The translations under genes and the position numbers were made by a program. Source: Bacteroidales bacterium (GTDB taxonomy: Bacteria > Bacteroidota > Bacteroidia > Bacteroidales > WCHB1-69). From it: 64,000 nucleotides of DNA. Below the pieces are notes generated by a model. The model saw only the letters and a program-made list of their open reading frames with translations. It made no database searches and was not told the DNA's origin. The stretch is taken from contig JAFSOZ010000012.1 in assembly GCA_017443175.1 (NCBI GenBank), positions 38,921-102,920 of the forward strand, written 5' to 3'. Positions 46,401 to 56,646 of this stretch are shown here, one piece after another (within the stretch, counting starts at the first letter, position 1; each line of letters begins with the position of its first letter).

Positions 46401-47381
46401 TTAAAATATCTGTATAAAATTGTTGATCATAGCGTTGCCAATGTCACACAACAGAGTGAAATTGAGTTCTCCGCTACTGTTTTTCTTGTCTTGCAGAAGA
46501 TACGGCCTTAATGATTTTATCAAATCCTCCGACCATTCCGGCACATCATAAAACCGGCAAATCAGTTTATTTATCCGGTTGAATTGCACTTGGCTCAATC
46601 CGGCGTGCTGCATCGAAAGCCGGCTTTCATAGACCATGCCAATAGCCACAGCTTCGCCATGCGTGACGGGCTGGCCTTGCGACCAGTAATAACTCTCCAG
46701 CGCGTGGCCAAACGTGTGTCCGAAGTTCAAAACGTGCCGCTCGTTCCGGTCTTCCGGATCCAAAGCCACCACTTTCCGCTTATAAGCAACGCACCTCTCT
46801 ATCCATTCGGGAAGGATGGTTTCGGCGGTCAGTACTCGGATGGAACAAAGTTGATTGAACAACTCCGGCGAGGCAATGAGCGCATATTTGATCATCTCGC
46901 CAAACCCGCTTTTCAACTCCGCTGCAGGCAGGGTTTTCAGGAATTCCAGATTGGCGGGCATCATGTAGTCGGGTTGGCGCACCGTACCGATGCAGTTTTT
47001 GATATGGCCGAAGTTGATGCCGGTTTTGCCGCCGTGCGCTGCGTCAATCATCGCCAGCAGTGTGGTGGGACAGCTTACCGTATGGATGCCGCGCTTGAAG
47101 GTGGCAGCGGCAAAACCGCCCAAGTCACATACTGTGCCACCCCCGAACAGGATGAGCGTGTCGCTCCTGTCCATCTCGAAGTCCAGCATCCGATTCCAAA
47201 TCCGGATCAATTGCTCTGTGTTTTTGGACTCCTCCCCGGCGGGAACCACCATCGTCTGACACTCGAAAACGGACGACAAACGCTCAAAATACTGCGGGTA
47301 GAGGCCAGCCACATTCGTGTCGGTCAGCACCATCACGCGGCGCGTGGCCCATTGGTTCAGTATTTCGATGAGTTCATCCAT
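46401..47381 (-). CDS. aroB: 3-dehydroquinate synthase
   Basis: It has GGGTVCDLGGFAAATFKRGI and NFGHTFGHALE. Confidence 0.88.
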   Translation of the reverse strand: MDELIEILNQWATRRVMVLTDTNVAGLYPQYFERLSSVFECQTMVVPAGEESKNTEQLIRIWNRMLDFEMDRSDTLILFGGGTVCDLGGFAAATFKRGIHTVSCPTTLLAMIDAAHGGKTGINFGHIKNCIGTVRQPDYMMPANLEFLKTLPAAELKSGFGEMIKYALIASPELFNQLCSIRVLTAETILPEWIERCVAYKRKVVALDPEDRNERHVLNFGHTFGHALESYYWSQGQPVTHGEAVAIGMVYESRLSMQHAGLSQVQFNRINKLICRFYDVPEWSEDLIKSLRPYLLQDKKNSSGELNFTLLCDIGNAMINNFIQIF

Positions 47382-47414
47382 ATCTGATATTTTCGGTGTA
47401 CGGGCGAATAACGG

Positions 47415-49232
47415 CTACTCTACAGAATCGGCGCGCTTTTCGGCACGCTTGCGCTCGAGCTCGTCGAGGATGATCTTGCGCAGACGGAGCGATTGCGGGG
47501 TAATCTCCAGATACTCGTCCTTTGCGATGAACTCCATGTATTGCTCGAGGGAATACTTAATCGCCGGAGCGAGCACGAGCTTCTCGTCGGAGCCGGCAGC
47601 ACGCATGTTGGACAGCTTCTTGGACTTGCACACGTTTATCACCAAGTCGCCTTGGCGGATATGCTCGCCAATAACCTGACCGGCATATACTTGATCGTTG
47701 GGTTCGATGAAGAAACGGCCGCGGTCCTGAAGTTTGTTCAATGAATAGGCGTATGCCTGACCCGTTTCCATCGCAATGAGCGAACCGGCATGGCGACCCG
47801 GAATCTCACCCTTCCACGGTTGGAACTCCATGAAACGGTGCGATACAATGGCTTCGCCTTCGGTGGCCGTAAGCAGCTGGTTGCTCAAACCGATCAAACC
47901 ACGGGAAGGGATGGTGAATGTCAAGTGCACGCGGTCATTGAGCGTGTCCATACTCTGCATCTCACCCTTTCTGCGCGACACATGGTCAATCACACGGCTG
48001 GACATCTCCTCCGGCACCAACACGGTGAGTTCCTCGATCGGCTCGCATTTCTGGCCGTCAATCTCCTTGATGATGACCTGCGGTTGGCCCACTTGCAATT
48101 CGTAACCTTCGCGGCGCATGGTCTCGATAAGGATGGAAAGATGGAGAATGCCACGCCCATACACGTTCAGACGGTCGGGCGAGTCGGTTTCTTCGATGCG
48201 CATGGCCAGGTTGCGTTCCAATTCGGCATACAGACGGTCGCGCAAGTGACGGGAGGTTACATACTTACCCTCTTTGCCAAAGAACGGCGAGTTGTTGATA
48301 GTGAACAACATGCTCATGGTAGGTTCATCCACTTTGATGGGCTGCAGTTGTTCGGGATTCTCAAAGTCGGCCACAGTGTCGCCAATTTCGAAGTCGTCCA
48401 GTCCCAAGATGGCGCAGAGCTCACCGGCCTCGACCGGGGTTTTGATTTTCTCTTTGCCAAGTCCTTCAAACACGTAAAGCTCTTTCACCTTGGATTGTTG
48501 CACAGTGCCGTCGCGTTTGACGAGGGATACATTCTGACCCCAGGAGATGGAACCGCGTTTCACGCGACCCACAGCAATACGGCCCACGTAGGAAGAGAAA
48601 TCCAGCGAGGAGATCATCATCTGCAATGTGCCCGGGTCGGCCTTGGGCGCGGGGATGTATTTCACGATGGTGTCCAGCAAGTAGGAAATGTCGGAGGTCG
48701 GCGTTTTCCAGTCGGGGCCCATCCAGCCGTTTTTAGCAGAGCCATATACGGTCGGGAAATCCAGCTGGTCGTCGGAGGCACCGAGATTGAACATCAGCTC
48801 GAAAACGGCCTCTTGTGCAAGGTCGGGCTGGCAATTGGGCTTATCTACTTTGTTGATGACCACAATGGGTTTCAAACCCAGTTCGATAGCCTTCTGCGTC
48901 ACAAAGCGAGTTTGCGGCATGGGCCCTTCGAAGGCGTCCACCACAAGCAGCACGCCATCGGCCATGTTGAGCACGCGCTCCACCTCGCCGCCGAAGTCGC
49001 TGTGCCCCGGAGTGTCAATCACGTTGATCTTGACACCTTTGTAGCGCACGGAGACATTTTTGGAGAGGATAGTGATACCTCTTTCTCTTTCCAAATCATT
49101 ATTGTCGAGCACCAAATCCTGCACCTGTTGGTTCTCGCGGAACAGGTGCGCTTGGTACAAAATTCTATCTACTAACGTTGTTTTGCCATGATCGACATGG
49201 GCAATAATAGCTATATTTCTAATTTCCTGCAT
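47415..49232 (-). CDS. typA: translational GTPase TypA/BipA
   Basis: It starts at [22 protein letters not shown] and has DTPGHSDF and NKVD. Confidence 0.93.
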   Translation of the reverse strand: MQEIRNIAIIAHVDHGKTTLVDRILYQAHLFRENQQVQDLVLDNNDLERERGITILSKNVSVRYKGVKINVIDTPGHSDFGGEVERVLNMADGVLLVVDAFEGPMPQTRFVTQKAIELGLKPIVVINKVDKPNCQPDLAQEAVFELMFNLGASDDQLDFPTVYGSAKNGWMGPDWKTPTSDISYLLDTIVKYIPAPKADPGTLQMMISSLDFSSYVGRIAVGRVKRGSISWGQNVSLVKRDGTVQQSKVKELYVFEGLGKEKIKTPVEAGELCAILGLDDFEIGDTVADFENPEQLQPIKVDEPTMSMLFTINNSPFFGKEGKYVTSRHLRDRLYAELERNLAMRIEETDSPDRLNVYGRGILHLSILIETMRREGYELQVGQPQVIIKEIDGQKCEPIEELTVLVPEEMSSRVIDHVSRRKGEMQSMDTLNDRVHLTFTIPSRGLIGLSNQLLTATEGEAIVSHRFMEFQPWKGEIPGRHAGSLIAMETGQAYAYSLNKLQDRGRFFIEPNDQVYAGQVIGEHIRQGDLVINVCKSKKLSNMRAAGSDEKLVLAPAIKYSLEQYMEFIAKDEYLEITPQSLRLRKIILDELERKRAEKRADSVE

Positions 49233-49324
49233 TTTATAGATTTTCGTTAAAACGCGCAAAGATACAAAAAATGCGTTTTTCCGGTTTTTTTATACTTTTG
49301 CACCTTCATTAAAAAATATTCTTT

Positions 49325-52309
49325 ATGAAAAAGATTCTCCTCTCATTAGTCTGTATCGCCCTTACTGCTTGCTTATGGGCGCAAGATATTCGTCCTGTTC
49401 CCATTACCGTGAGTGAAAAAAAGCCTATGTTCCAGGCTAAAAAAACCATGGAAAAGGATAAGGATAAAACCACATTCTCCACATTCTCCCTGCCCAATGG
49501 TATGGAAGTGGTATTGTGTGAAGACCATTCACAACCCAAAATCTGGGGTGCGGTTTGTGTGCACGCCGGTGGCAAGAACGACCCTGCCGACAACACCGGC
49601 ATGGCCCACTATCTCGAACATCTCATGTTCAAGGGCACAGACCAAATCGGCACATTGAATTGGGCTGAGGAGAAGGAGCTGATGGACCAGATCACCGAAC
49701 TGTACGATAAACTGCATGGCACAACGGATGAGAATACCAGAAGCTCTCTGTTAAACATAATCAATGATTTGAGCAACAAAGCGGTTGAGTACGCCATCCC
49801 CAATGAAGTGGATGTAATACTCAGCAAAATGGGTGGCGAAGGTGTCAATGCTTTCACCTCCAACGACGTGACCGTGTATCTCAACTCTTTCCCTTCCAAT
49901 CAGCTGGAAAAATGGCTGGTTGTATATGCCGAACGGTTCCGTCATCCGGTTTTCCGTCTCTTCCAAAGCGAACTGGAGGCTGTGTATGAAGAGTACAATA
50001 TGTATCAGGACCAACCCATCAGCGTCTTCATGGAAGATGCTCTTGCCGAGGCATACGGCAAACACCCTTACGGTCGCCCTGTCATCGGCTACCAGCAACA
50101 TTTGAAGAATCCGCAAATTTCCGCCATGCAGAATTTCTTCAACACCTATTATCATCCCAACAACATGACCTTGGTGTTGGTAGGTGATTTCAACAGCAAA
50201 GACATACAAGAAATGCTGGACAATACCATGGGCAACTTCCATAACGAATGCGAGAATGTCAATCCGGAAATGGCTCACAACACGGAACGCATGAAAACCG
50301 ACTTGAACCAAAAGGTGAAACCGTTCCAGGGTCATCAGGTTGTCACAGTCAAGGAAACCCCTGTGAAAATGGGTATCATCGGTTTCCAGACAATCGGGGC
50401 CAACGACCGCAATGAGTTTTATCTGGACATCCTGAGCGAATTTCTGAACAATGAGGATGAAACCGGCTTGTTAGACAAGTTAGTGAAGGACAACAAAATC
50501 CTTTCTGCCAATGCTTTCAACTACAGCATGTTGGAGCACGGGGTATTCGCATTCTTCTATGTACCCAAGATTGTGGGCCAGTCGCATGAAAACGCGGAGG
50601 CTTATATCTTCGCCGCTCTCGACTCTCTCAAGACAGGACATTTCAGCGACCAGCTGTTTGACGCCGTCAAGATGAGCTGTCTGAAAGAACACCTGTTGAG
50701 TATGGAAACGTTAGACGAAAAGTTCTACATGGTGCTGACGGCGGTCACCAACAAGCAGAATCCCAAAGTCATCAACGAGCGCGAGCGGATGATCCGCAAA
50801 CTGACGAAGGAGGACATTGTCAAGTTGGCCAACCTTTATTTCAACGACAACTGCCTGATCTATCGTTCCAACATGGGTAGCAAAGAACAAACCAAGCTGC
50901 AAAAGCCCAATTGGAAGCCCATCGTGACGCAAAACACGGAAAAAGCCTCTCAATTCGCCGAAAAGTTGGAGAACATGCCGGTAAGACCCGTCAAGCCCCA
51001 GCTTATCGATTTCAAAGCGGAGGTGAAGGAAATACCTTTGAACGATAATTTTGTGCTTTACTGCGCACCCAATCCATACAATGATCTTTTCACGTTGAAC
51101 CTCACCTACGATTATGGCAATCTTAACGACAGATTGTTCGCCACAGCGGTGAAGTACGTTGCCGGACAAGGCACGCGCGACGAGAATTTTGACCGTTTCC
51201 AGCTGCAATTACAGGAACTGGGCGGAAGCATGGACATGTATTCCACAGAAGACCAGCTTCATATTTCCATCTCCGGATTTGAGAAAGAGTTTCCGAAAAT
51301 CATAAAACTATGTCATGAAAAGCTTTTCAATCCGGGCAATGACAAGAAAGTGTTGCAAACCATCATAGATGACAAAGACGGGGAGGCCAAGATGGCCAAG
51401 GATGATGCCTCCACATGGGGACGCGCTTTGTACTACTATGCGCTCTATGGCCAGGAATCCCCCTATCTTTCCCGTCTTACCGTCAAAGAGCTGAAAAAAG
51501 TCTCTGGTGACAAACTGTTGCAATCCTTTGCCAACGCCCTCAAGTACGGGGGTCACGCCACGTTTGTGGGCAATTTTGACCCGGGCAAAGCTTGGGAACT
51601 TCTCAAAAGCGATTTTGTGAATGAAAAGTCTTTGGAAGGCAAGCGCCAGGTTCGTCAACCGGTCCAGTATGAGCAGCCCACCATTTTCATTGCTTCCAAC
51701 AGCAAGTTCTTGCAGAGCAACATCTATTTTTACAAGATGGGAGAGCCACTGGAGAATCTGGAAGAGCGTGTGGATTGTCAGCTGTACAATGAATACATGG
51801 GCGGTAGTATGGCCAGCGTGATTTTCCAGGAAATCAGAGAGTTGCGCTCTTTGGGATATTCTGCCTACGCGGCATACCAGTACGACAAGCTGAACAGGCA
51901 CCCCGGTTTCCTGATGGGTTTCTTAGGCACTCAATCCGACAAGACCGTGGAGGGATGCCAAGCCATGGGTGCGTTATTGAAAGATTTTCCTGAAAAGCCT
52001 GAGAAATTCGAGATGGCCAAGACCTCCTGTCTCCGCGCCACGGAAGCCAAATACATCAGCATGCGCAACATCCCGGGGCAGGTGCAAAGTTGGAAGGAGC
52101 AGCACTATGAAAGCGACCCGCGCGAAGCCCAACTGAAAATGATTGAAGAAAAAGATATGGAGCAGGTGGCGGAATTCTGCAAACAGAAAATGGGAAACAG
52201 TCCGTTAATCATCACCATCGCCGGTGACAAGAGCCGCATAGATCTCAAAGAGCTGTCCAAGACCTACAAGATTGTGGAATTGAAATATTCGGATTTCATT
52301 AAAGAATAG
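49325..52309 (+). CDS. large (double) M16 family peptidase, secreted
   Basis: 994 aa with a signal peptide, HYLEHLMFKG (HxxEH), and a second M16-like half. Confidence 0.85.
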   Translation: MKKILLSLVCIALTACLWAQDIRPVPITVSEKKPMFQAKKTMEKDKDKTTFSTFSLPNGMEVVLCEDHSQPKIWGAVCVHAGGKNDPADNTGMAHYLEHLMFKGTDQIGTLNWAEEKELMDQITELYDKLHGTTDENTRSSLLNIINDLSNKAVEYAIPNEVDVILSKMGGEGVNAFTSNDVTVYLNSFPSNQLEKWLVVYAERFRHPVFRLFQSELEAVYEEYNMYQDQPISVFMEDALAEAYGKHPYGRPVIGYQQHLKNPQISAMQNFFNTYYHPNNMTLVLVGDFNSKDIQEMLDNTMGNFHNECENVNPEMAHNTERMKTDLNQKVKPFQGHQVVTVKETPVKMGIIGFQTIGANDRNEFYLDILSEFLNNEDETGLLDKLVKDNKILSANAFNYSMLEHGVFAFFYVPKIVGQSHENAEAYIFAALDSLKTGHFSDQLFDAVKMSCLKEHLLSMETLDEKFYMVLTAVTNKQNPKVINERERMIRKLTKEDIVKLANLYFNDNCLIYRSNMGSKEQTKLQKPNWKPIVTQNTEKASQFAEKLENMPVRPVKPQLIDFKAEVKEIPLNDNFVLYCAPNPYNDLFTLNLTYDYGNLNDRLFATAVKYVAGQGTRDENFDRFQLQLQELGGSMDMYSTEDQLHISISGFEKEFPKIIKLCHEKLFNPGNDKKVLQTIIDDKDGEAKMAKDDASTWGRALYYYALYGQESPYLSRLTVKELKKVSGDKLLQSFANALKYGGHATFVGNFDPGKAWELLKSDFVNEKSLEGKRQVRQPVQYEQPTIFIASNSKFLQSNIYFYKMGEPLENLEERVDCQLYNEYMGGSMASVIFQEIRELRSLGYSAYAAYQYDKLNRHPGFLMGFLGTQSDKTVEGCQAMGALLKDFPEKPEKFEMAKTSCLRATEAKYISMRNIPGQVQSWKEQHYESDPREAQLKMIEEKDMEQVAEFCKQKMGNSPLIITIAGDKSRIDLKELSKTYKIVELKYSDFIKE

Positions 52310-52327
52310 AAAAGGCAAAATTTTTTT

Positions 52328-52358
52328 CTGTTGTAGTTTTTTTGCTTTATCTTACGTT
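52328..52358 (+). promoter_or_regulatory. candidate ECF-type promoter A (CTGTTGTAGTTTTT-N10-TTACGTT)
   Basis: It lies directly upstream of the ECF sigma gene. It is near-identical in sequence and spacing to 54337..54367. Confidence 0.5.
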
Positions 52359-52367
52359 TCTATATAT

Positions 52368-52835
52368 GTGAGACTAAGGGATCCTTTCGAAGATATGCTC
52401 CACCGTCATAGGGGGTTGCTTTTTTCTCTCTGTCGTCATTACAGTCGGCGGGGACTTGAAGTTGACGACCTTTTGCAAGAAGTCACTGTTGCATTATGGC
52501 GCGACAGGGAGCGTTTACTTTCTCTACCCGCTTTGCAGCAGGCTGCATTAACGTGGAAAATAGGACGCAACGCAGTAATTGACTGCCTGCGGCGTGTGAA
52601 AGAGACTGAATCTTTGCCAGAGGATTATGATGTGATCAATGAGGATCGCAGCTTGTTGAGAGAATTACATGAGAGGATAAACCTGCTCGATGAACCAGAC
52701 CGATCGATTGTAAGACTGCAACTGGAGGGTTATAATTACAAAGAGATAGGCGAACAAGTAGGAATGACTGAGAAGAATGTGAGCGTGAGGTTGGTCAGAA
52801 TCAAAGAAAAATTAAGAAAATCAATGGAAATATGA
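52368..52835 (+). CDS. ECF-type RNA polymerase sigma-70 factor
   Basis: It has region 2 (DDLLQEVTVALWRD) and a region 4 HTH (YKEIGEQVGMTEKNVSVRLVRIKEKL). The start is uncertain (GTG at 52368 or ATG at 52395). Confidence 0.85.
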   Translation: MRLRDPFEDMLHRHRGLLFSLCRHYSRRGLEVDDLLQEVTVALWRDRERLLSLPALQQAALTWKIGRNAVIDCLRRVKETESLPEDYDVINEDRSLLRELHERINLLDEPDRSIVRLQLEGYNYKEIGEQVGMTEKNVSVRLVRIKEKLRKSMEI

Positions 52836-53101
52836 CAGAGAACGAATTTGATGAATTATGGCAACGAGCTGAAGCTGAAGGCTATAGCCAGCGATTGTCG
52901 GGGGAATACCCTGTTTGGCGGCAGAAACAACGCCGCACAATCAACATAGTAGCCGCTCTTTTGATTGTTGTAGCCTTGACGGTGTCGCTAATTACTACTC
53001 AACTGCACCCGTCTCGGAATTACGAGAAAGTTTATTGTAATCGTATCGGTACCACCGACGCAGAATGGGCTTCTTTGGCCTCAGAAATGTTATTGGAATA
53101 A
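52832..53101 (+). CDS. single-pass membrane protein, candidate anti-sigma factor
   Basis: 89 aa with a TM helix (INIVAALLIVVALTVSLITT). Its start overlaps the sigma stop (ATGA). Confidence 0.6.
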   Translation: MTENEFDELWQRAEAEGYSQRLSGEYPVWRQKQRRTINIVAALLIVVALTVSLITTQLHPSRNYEKVYCNRIGTTDAEWASLASEMLLE

Positions 53102-53508
53102 TGAAACGACTATTAATCATATTGATGCTGATGCTTCCGATAGTGGCCATGGCGCAAAACGACTTGTATAAGCGCTATGCCTCTCGGCAGGATCTTACTG
53201 TCGCGCAAGTAAGCGGCTTCAAGCTCAACGAAAGTGAACGAGTGGATGTTGTGCTTGTTGTGGCTGACAGCGAAACCGCATGGCAGAAACTAACTAAAGA
53301 ATTGAATATCAAGGGAGACGAAGGTGTCGTGAGTTGGTTAGGCAACACCGGAAAACCGGAGCAACGTGTAAAATGGACCGGTTCTTCTGTCTTGCGCGTG
53401 GTGGCCTCCCACACACGACGAACGGTAGCCTTCTACCGCCTTGACACTGAAGCGCAATACGATGCACTTCTTGATTATCAACTGAATAATATGAAACAAG
53501 CAAAATAA
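53101..53508 (+). CDS. secreted protein (possibly DUF4252-like)
   Basis: It has the signal peptide MKRLLIILMLMLPIVAMA, then LYKRYASRQDLTVAQVSG. Its start overlaps the upstream stop (TAATG). Confidence 0.55.
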   Translation: MKRLLIILMLMLPIVAMAQNDLYKRYASRQDLTVAQVSGFKLNESERVDVVLVVADSETAWQKLTKELNIKGDEGVVSWLGNTGKPEQRVKWTGSSVLRVVASHTRRTVAFYRLDTEAQYDALLDYQLNNMKQAK

Positions 53509-53519
53509 AAACTGGTTAT

Positions 53520-54323
53520 ATGAAAAAGATTCTGAAATTTTCCGCTTTACTAACAGTACTGTTTTTTGCCTTCTCAGCATGTGAAAGACCTGACAACAAC
53601 GATCCTGATGGTAATGATGTCAACAACAACCCAAAAGAGCGAGTCATAGTTTACAAAATTGGAAACAACGAATATCGCCAGACTTTGGCAACGGAAGGTC
53701 AATGGGACGCCATGCTGGATGTGCTTTGTAACCAAGTTCAAAGTGGCAGCAAGGTTACATTCTTCAACATGAATCAAACCACCTACTTCCAGAATAATGA
53801 ATCAGGGGGCACTAAAGCCGCCAAAACATTCAGCACTACCAATCGTGATGAGATGAAAGCCTGGATGAAAAAAATGGAGGAAGAAGGTCGAACGGTAGTT
53901 GTCACCTATGACAATGGAACGTGGAACGGCAAAGCATACGCCTTTGCTCCTCCAGCAACTACCTTAAACAATATTATTGGCACTTGGCATTTCAGCTGCT
54001 CGGTGGTAAGTCACATAGATCCGAACGGTGCTTTGATCAACAGCGACCACTATGCTCCTGAAAATGGTGGCGGCTCAATGTATTACACCTTCTATGACAA
54101 TGGAACCATGACACTGACATTCAACGCAATGGATGGCACTGTTGCCACGGACAATTCCACTTGGAACCTCACGGATGAAGGAAAACTCAACTGCGAACTG
54201 CTTCCGAACAACGGATTATGGGACGTAAATTGGATTACCAACAACACCATGATTATCTCCCGTTCCGACCTTGGGACCGAAGAAGGAGACATTCTCTATC
54301 AGTTGCAATTCGATCGGGAATAA
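53520..54323 (+). CDS. lipoprotein (lipocalin-like C-terminal half, tentative)
   Basis: It has the lipobox FFAFSAC and a GTWHF...GTMTLTF pattern. Confidence 0.6.
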   Translation: MKKILKFSALLTVLFFAFSACERPDNNDPDGNDVNNNPKERVIVYKIGNNEYRQTLATEGQWDAMLDVLCNQVQSGSKVTFFNMNQTTYFQNNESGGTKAAKTFSTTNRDEMKAWMKKMEEEGRTVVVTYDNGTWNGKAYAFAPPATTLNNIIGTWHFSCSVVSHIDPNGALINSDHYAPENGGGSMYYTFYDNGTMTLTFNAMDGTVATDNSTWNLTDEGKLNCELLPNNGLWDVNWITNNTMIISRSDLGTEEGDILYQLQFDRE

Positions 54324-54336
54324 AAAAAATTTTTTC

Positions 54337-54367
54337 CTGTTGTAGTTTTTAGATTTCTTGTTACGTT
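54337..54367 (+). promoter_or_regulatory. candidate ECF-type promoter B (CTGTTGTAGTTTTT-N10-TTACGTT)
   Basis: It has the same 14-mer, the same 10-nt spacer length and the same TTACGTT as promoter A. It lies 54 nt upstream of the lipoprotein ATG. Confidence 0.5.
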
Positions 54368-54420
54368 CTTATAGCAGAAACAATCAACAAATTCAATAAC
54401 TAAAAAATTATCTTAAAAGT

Positions 54421-55008
54421 ATGAAAAAAAACATCTTTATTATCGCAATTGCCGCTTTCGCACTTTGCTTGACCTCTTGTAACAGAGAAGACATCGTCCT
54501 TGATGGAGGAAATGGTGACAATCCCGGAAACACTCCCAGAGTAACGGTTACCGCCGACCTCATCAACACCGATTGGACCGCAACCCGTTCCTTTGGCGAT
54601 CTGGTATATGCCATGACTGGTATGAACCTCAGCGACTATGGTTGCCAATTCCCCGACGGTTTCGACACCACGATGGTTTTCCATCTCAACTTCGATCCGA
54701 ACTATGCACATTTTACTTTCAGCGACAACATGGCCTTGATCAATGTGGTTGAAATAGCTGGAGGTTACACCAACGAGGAAATCCAAAATATGGATCTTGC
54801 ATACGTCTATGACGGTCTTACACACACGGGTACGTTAACAGCTGTGGGTACCGATGAAAACGGCGATCCTATCAACTATCAGATTGTCTTCACCTATGAT
54901 GACAATGAGGACACCATTACCATCAATCTGCAGTTTGCCAACGCTGAGGATGAAAACACCATCATCAACTTCCCGCTGGTGTTCCACCGCGACGCAGCAA
55001 CAATATAA
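54421..55008 (+). CDS. lipoprotein, unknown function
   Basis: 195 aa with the lipobox ALCLTSC. Confidence 0.6.
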   Translation: MKKNIFIIAIAAFALCLTSCNREDIVLDGGNGDNPGNTPRVTVTADLINTDWTATRSFGDLVYAMTGMNLSDYGCQFPDGFDTTMVFHLNFDPNYAHFTFSDNMALINVVEIAGGYTNEEIQNMDLAYVYDGLTHTGTLTAVGTDENGDPINYQIVFTYDDNEDTITINLQFANAEDENTIINFPLVFHRDAATI

Positions 55009-55028
55009 ATTGTATTTGAATACTTATC

Positions 55029-55067
55029 AAAAAAAAGCGCCCGCATTGATGTGGGCGCTTTTTTTTA
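55029..55067. terminator. bidirectional terminator (lipoprotein / mreB)
   Basis: AAAAAAAAGCGCCC-loop-GGGCGCTTTTTTTT. Confidence 0.8.
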
Positions 55068-56087
55068 CTTCATCAGGAACGGGAACTTGTCGAAGTTCTT
55101 GAGGGAGATAGCCGTTCCGCGGGCCACGGCCTTCAATGGGTCTTCCGCCACATGAACATCCAAGGTCGTCTTCTTGGCAAGACGTTTGTCGAGGCCACGT
55201 AAGAGGGAACCACCACCTGCCAGGTAGATACCGGTTTTGTAAATATCAGCAGAGAGCTCCGGCGGTGTGTTCTCCAAAGCGTTGATGACAGCCGTTTCGA
55301 TCTGCGCAATGGACCGGTCAATGGCCTGCGCCACCTCGCGGTAGTTCACCTTCACAGCCGTAGGCACACCCGTGAGCAGGTTACGACCATAGAACTCGTA
55401 ATCCGCAGGCGGATTCTCCAAATCCTCCACGGCGGAACCCACATTGATCTTGATCTGCTCTGCCGTTGGCTCGCCGATGGCAATATTGTGTTTCTTGCGC
55501 ATGTACTCTTGAATGTCGCTGTTGAAACGGTCGCCGGCCACCTTCACGGACTTGAACGTCGTGATACCACCCAAGGAGATGACGGCGATTTCAGCCGTAC
55601 CACCGCCAATGTCTATAATCATGTTACCACAAGCGGCCAGCACGTCAATACCGATACCGATGGCAGCGGCCATGGGCTCCTGAATCAGACGCACGTCCTT
55701 GGCACCGGCCTGCTCGGCGGAATCACGCACGGCGCGCTCCTCCACCTCCGTAATACCCGACGGGATACAAATCACCATCTTCAATGCCGGTGGCAGAAAA
55801 TGCCCTTTGTTGCTCGTCATCTTGATGAACTCGCGCAACATCAATTCCGTGGATTGGAAATCGGCGATAACACCGTCGCGCAACGGACGGATGGTGCGGA
55901 TGCCCTCTGGCGTCTTGCCGTGCATCATCAAGGCCTTCTTGCCGACAGCCTTGACCTCTTTGGTCTTTTGATCTATTGCGATAATGGAAGGCTCGTCCAC
56001 CACCACCTGGTTGTTTTGCAAAATAACGGTGTTGGCCGTGCCTAAGTCAATAGCGATTTCTTTTGTGAATATTGAAAATAAACCCAT
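55065..56087 (-). CDS. mreB: rod shape-determining protein MreB
   Basis: 340 aa with IAIDLGTANTV and DIGGGTAEIAVISLGG. Confidence 0.95.
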   Translation of the reverse strand: MGLFSIFTKEIAIDLGTANTVILQNNQVVVDEPSIIAIDQKTKEVKAVGKKALMMHGKTPEGIRTIRPLRDGVIADFQSTELMLREFIKMTSNKGHFLPPALKMVICIPSGITEVEERAVRDSAEQAGAKDVRLIQEPMAAAIGIGIDVLAACGNMIIDIGGGTAEIAVISLGGITTFKSVKVAGDRFNSDIQEYMRKKHNIAIGEPTAEQIKINVGSAVEDLENPPADYEFYGRNLLTGVPTAVKVNYREVAQAIDRSIAQIETAVINALENTPPELSADIYKTGIYLAGGGSLLRGLDKRLAKKTTLDVHVAEDPLKAVARGTAISLKNFDKFPFLMK

Positions 56088-56240
56088 AATTTGCTTTGAA
56101 AAATTTAAGAATGCAAATGTATAAAAAATCTCACTTCTATACGATGTTTTTTTTCTATTGTTACACGAAAAGCCAAAAAAACATTAATTCCACTCAAGGT
56201 GCATGTTAGTGTATGCAATTTTTGTACTTTTGCGGCAAAT

Positions 56241-56633
56241 ATGATGATGAAAAAACTTTGGATAACCTTATCGGTTGTACTGCTCTGTTCTGTGTCGTTC
56301 GCACAGGTACGCTATTCTGTTGATCCGAAAATACAGCAGATTCAATCCGACTATATCAAGGCATGGGAGAAAGTGGACAAAATAGACGGATACCGGATTC
56401 AGATCACCGCCTATTCAGGCAACAATTCCCGCAACAAGGCCGAAGCGGAACGGGCTTCTTTCAAAGCCAATTTTCCAGGCATCGGCGTCTATCTCTCCTA
56501 CTCCGAGCCCTATTTCAAAATCCGCGTGGGCAATTACCTTACCCGACTGGAGGCGTACAAAGATTTAAAGCGCATACAGTTGACCTACCCCAACGCGTAC
56601 ATCGTGCCTGAGAAAATCTCTTTCAAAGAGTAA
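56241..56633 (+). CDS. SPOR domain-containing protein
   Basis: It has a signal peptide and a SPOR pattern (GYRIQITAYSGNNSRNKAEA...YFKIRVGNYLTRLEAYK). The start is at MMMKKLW. Confidence 0.75.
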   Translation: MMMKKLWITLSVVLLCSVSFAQVRYSVDPKIQQIQSDYIKAWEKVDKIDGYRIQITAYSGNNSRNKAEAERASFKANFPGIGVYLSYSEPYFKIRVGNYLTRLEAYKDLKRIQLTYPNAYIVPEKISFKE

Positions 56634-56646
56634 CAGATATAGTGAA

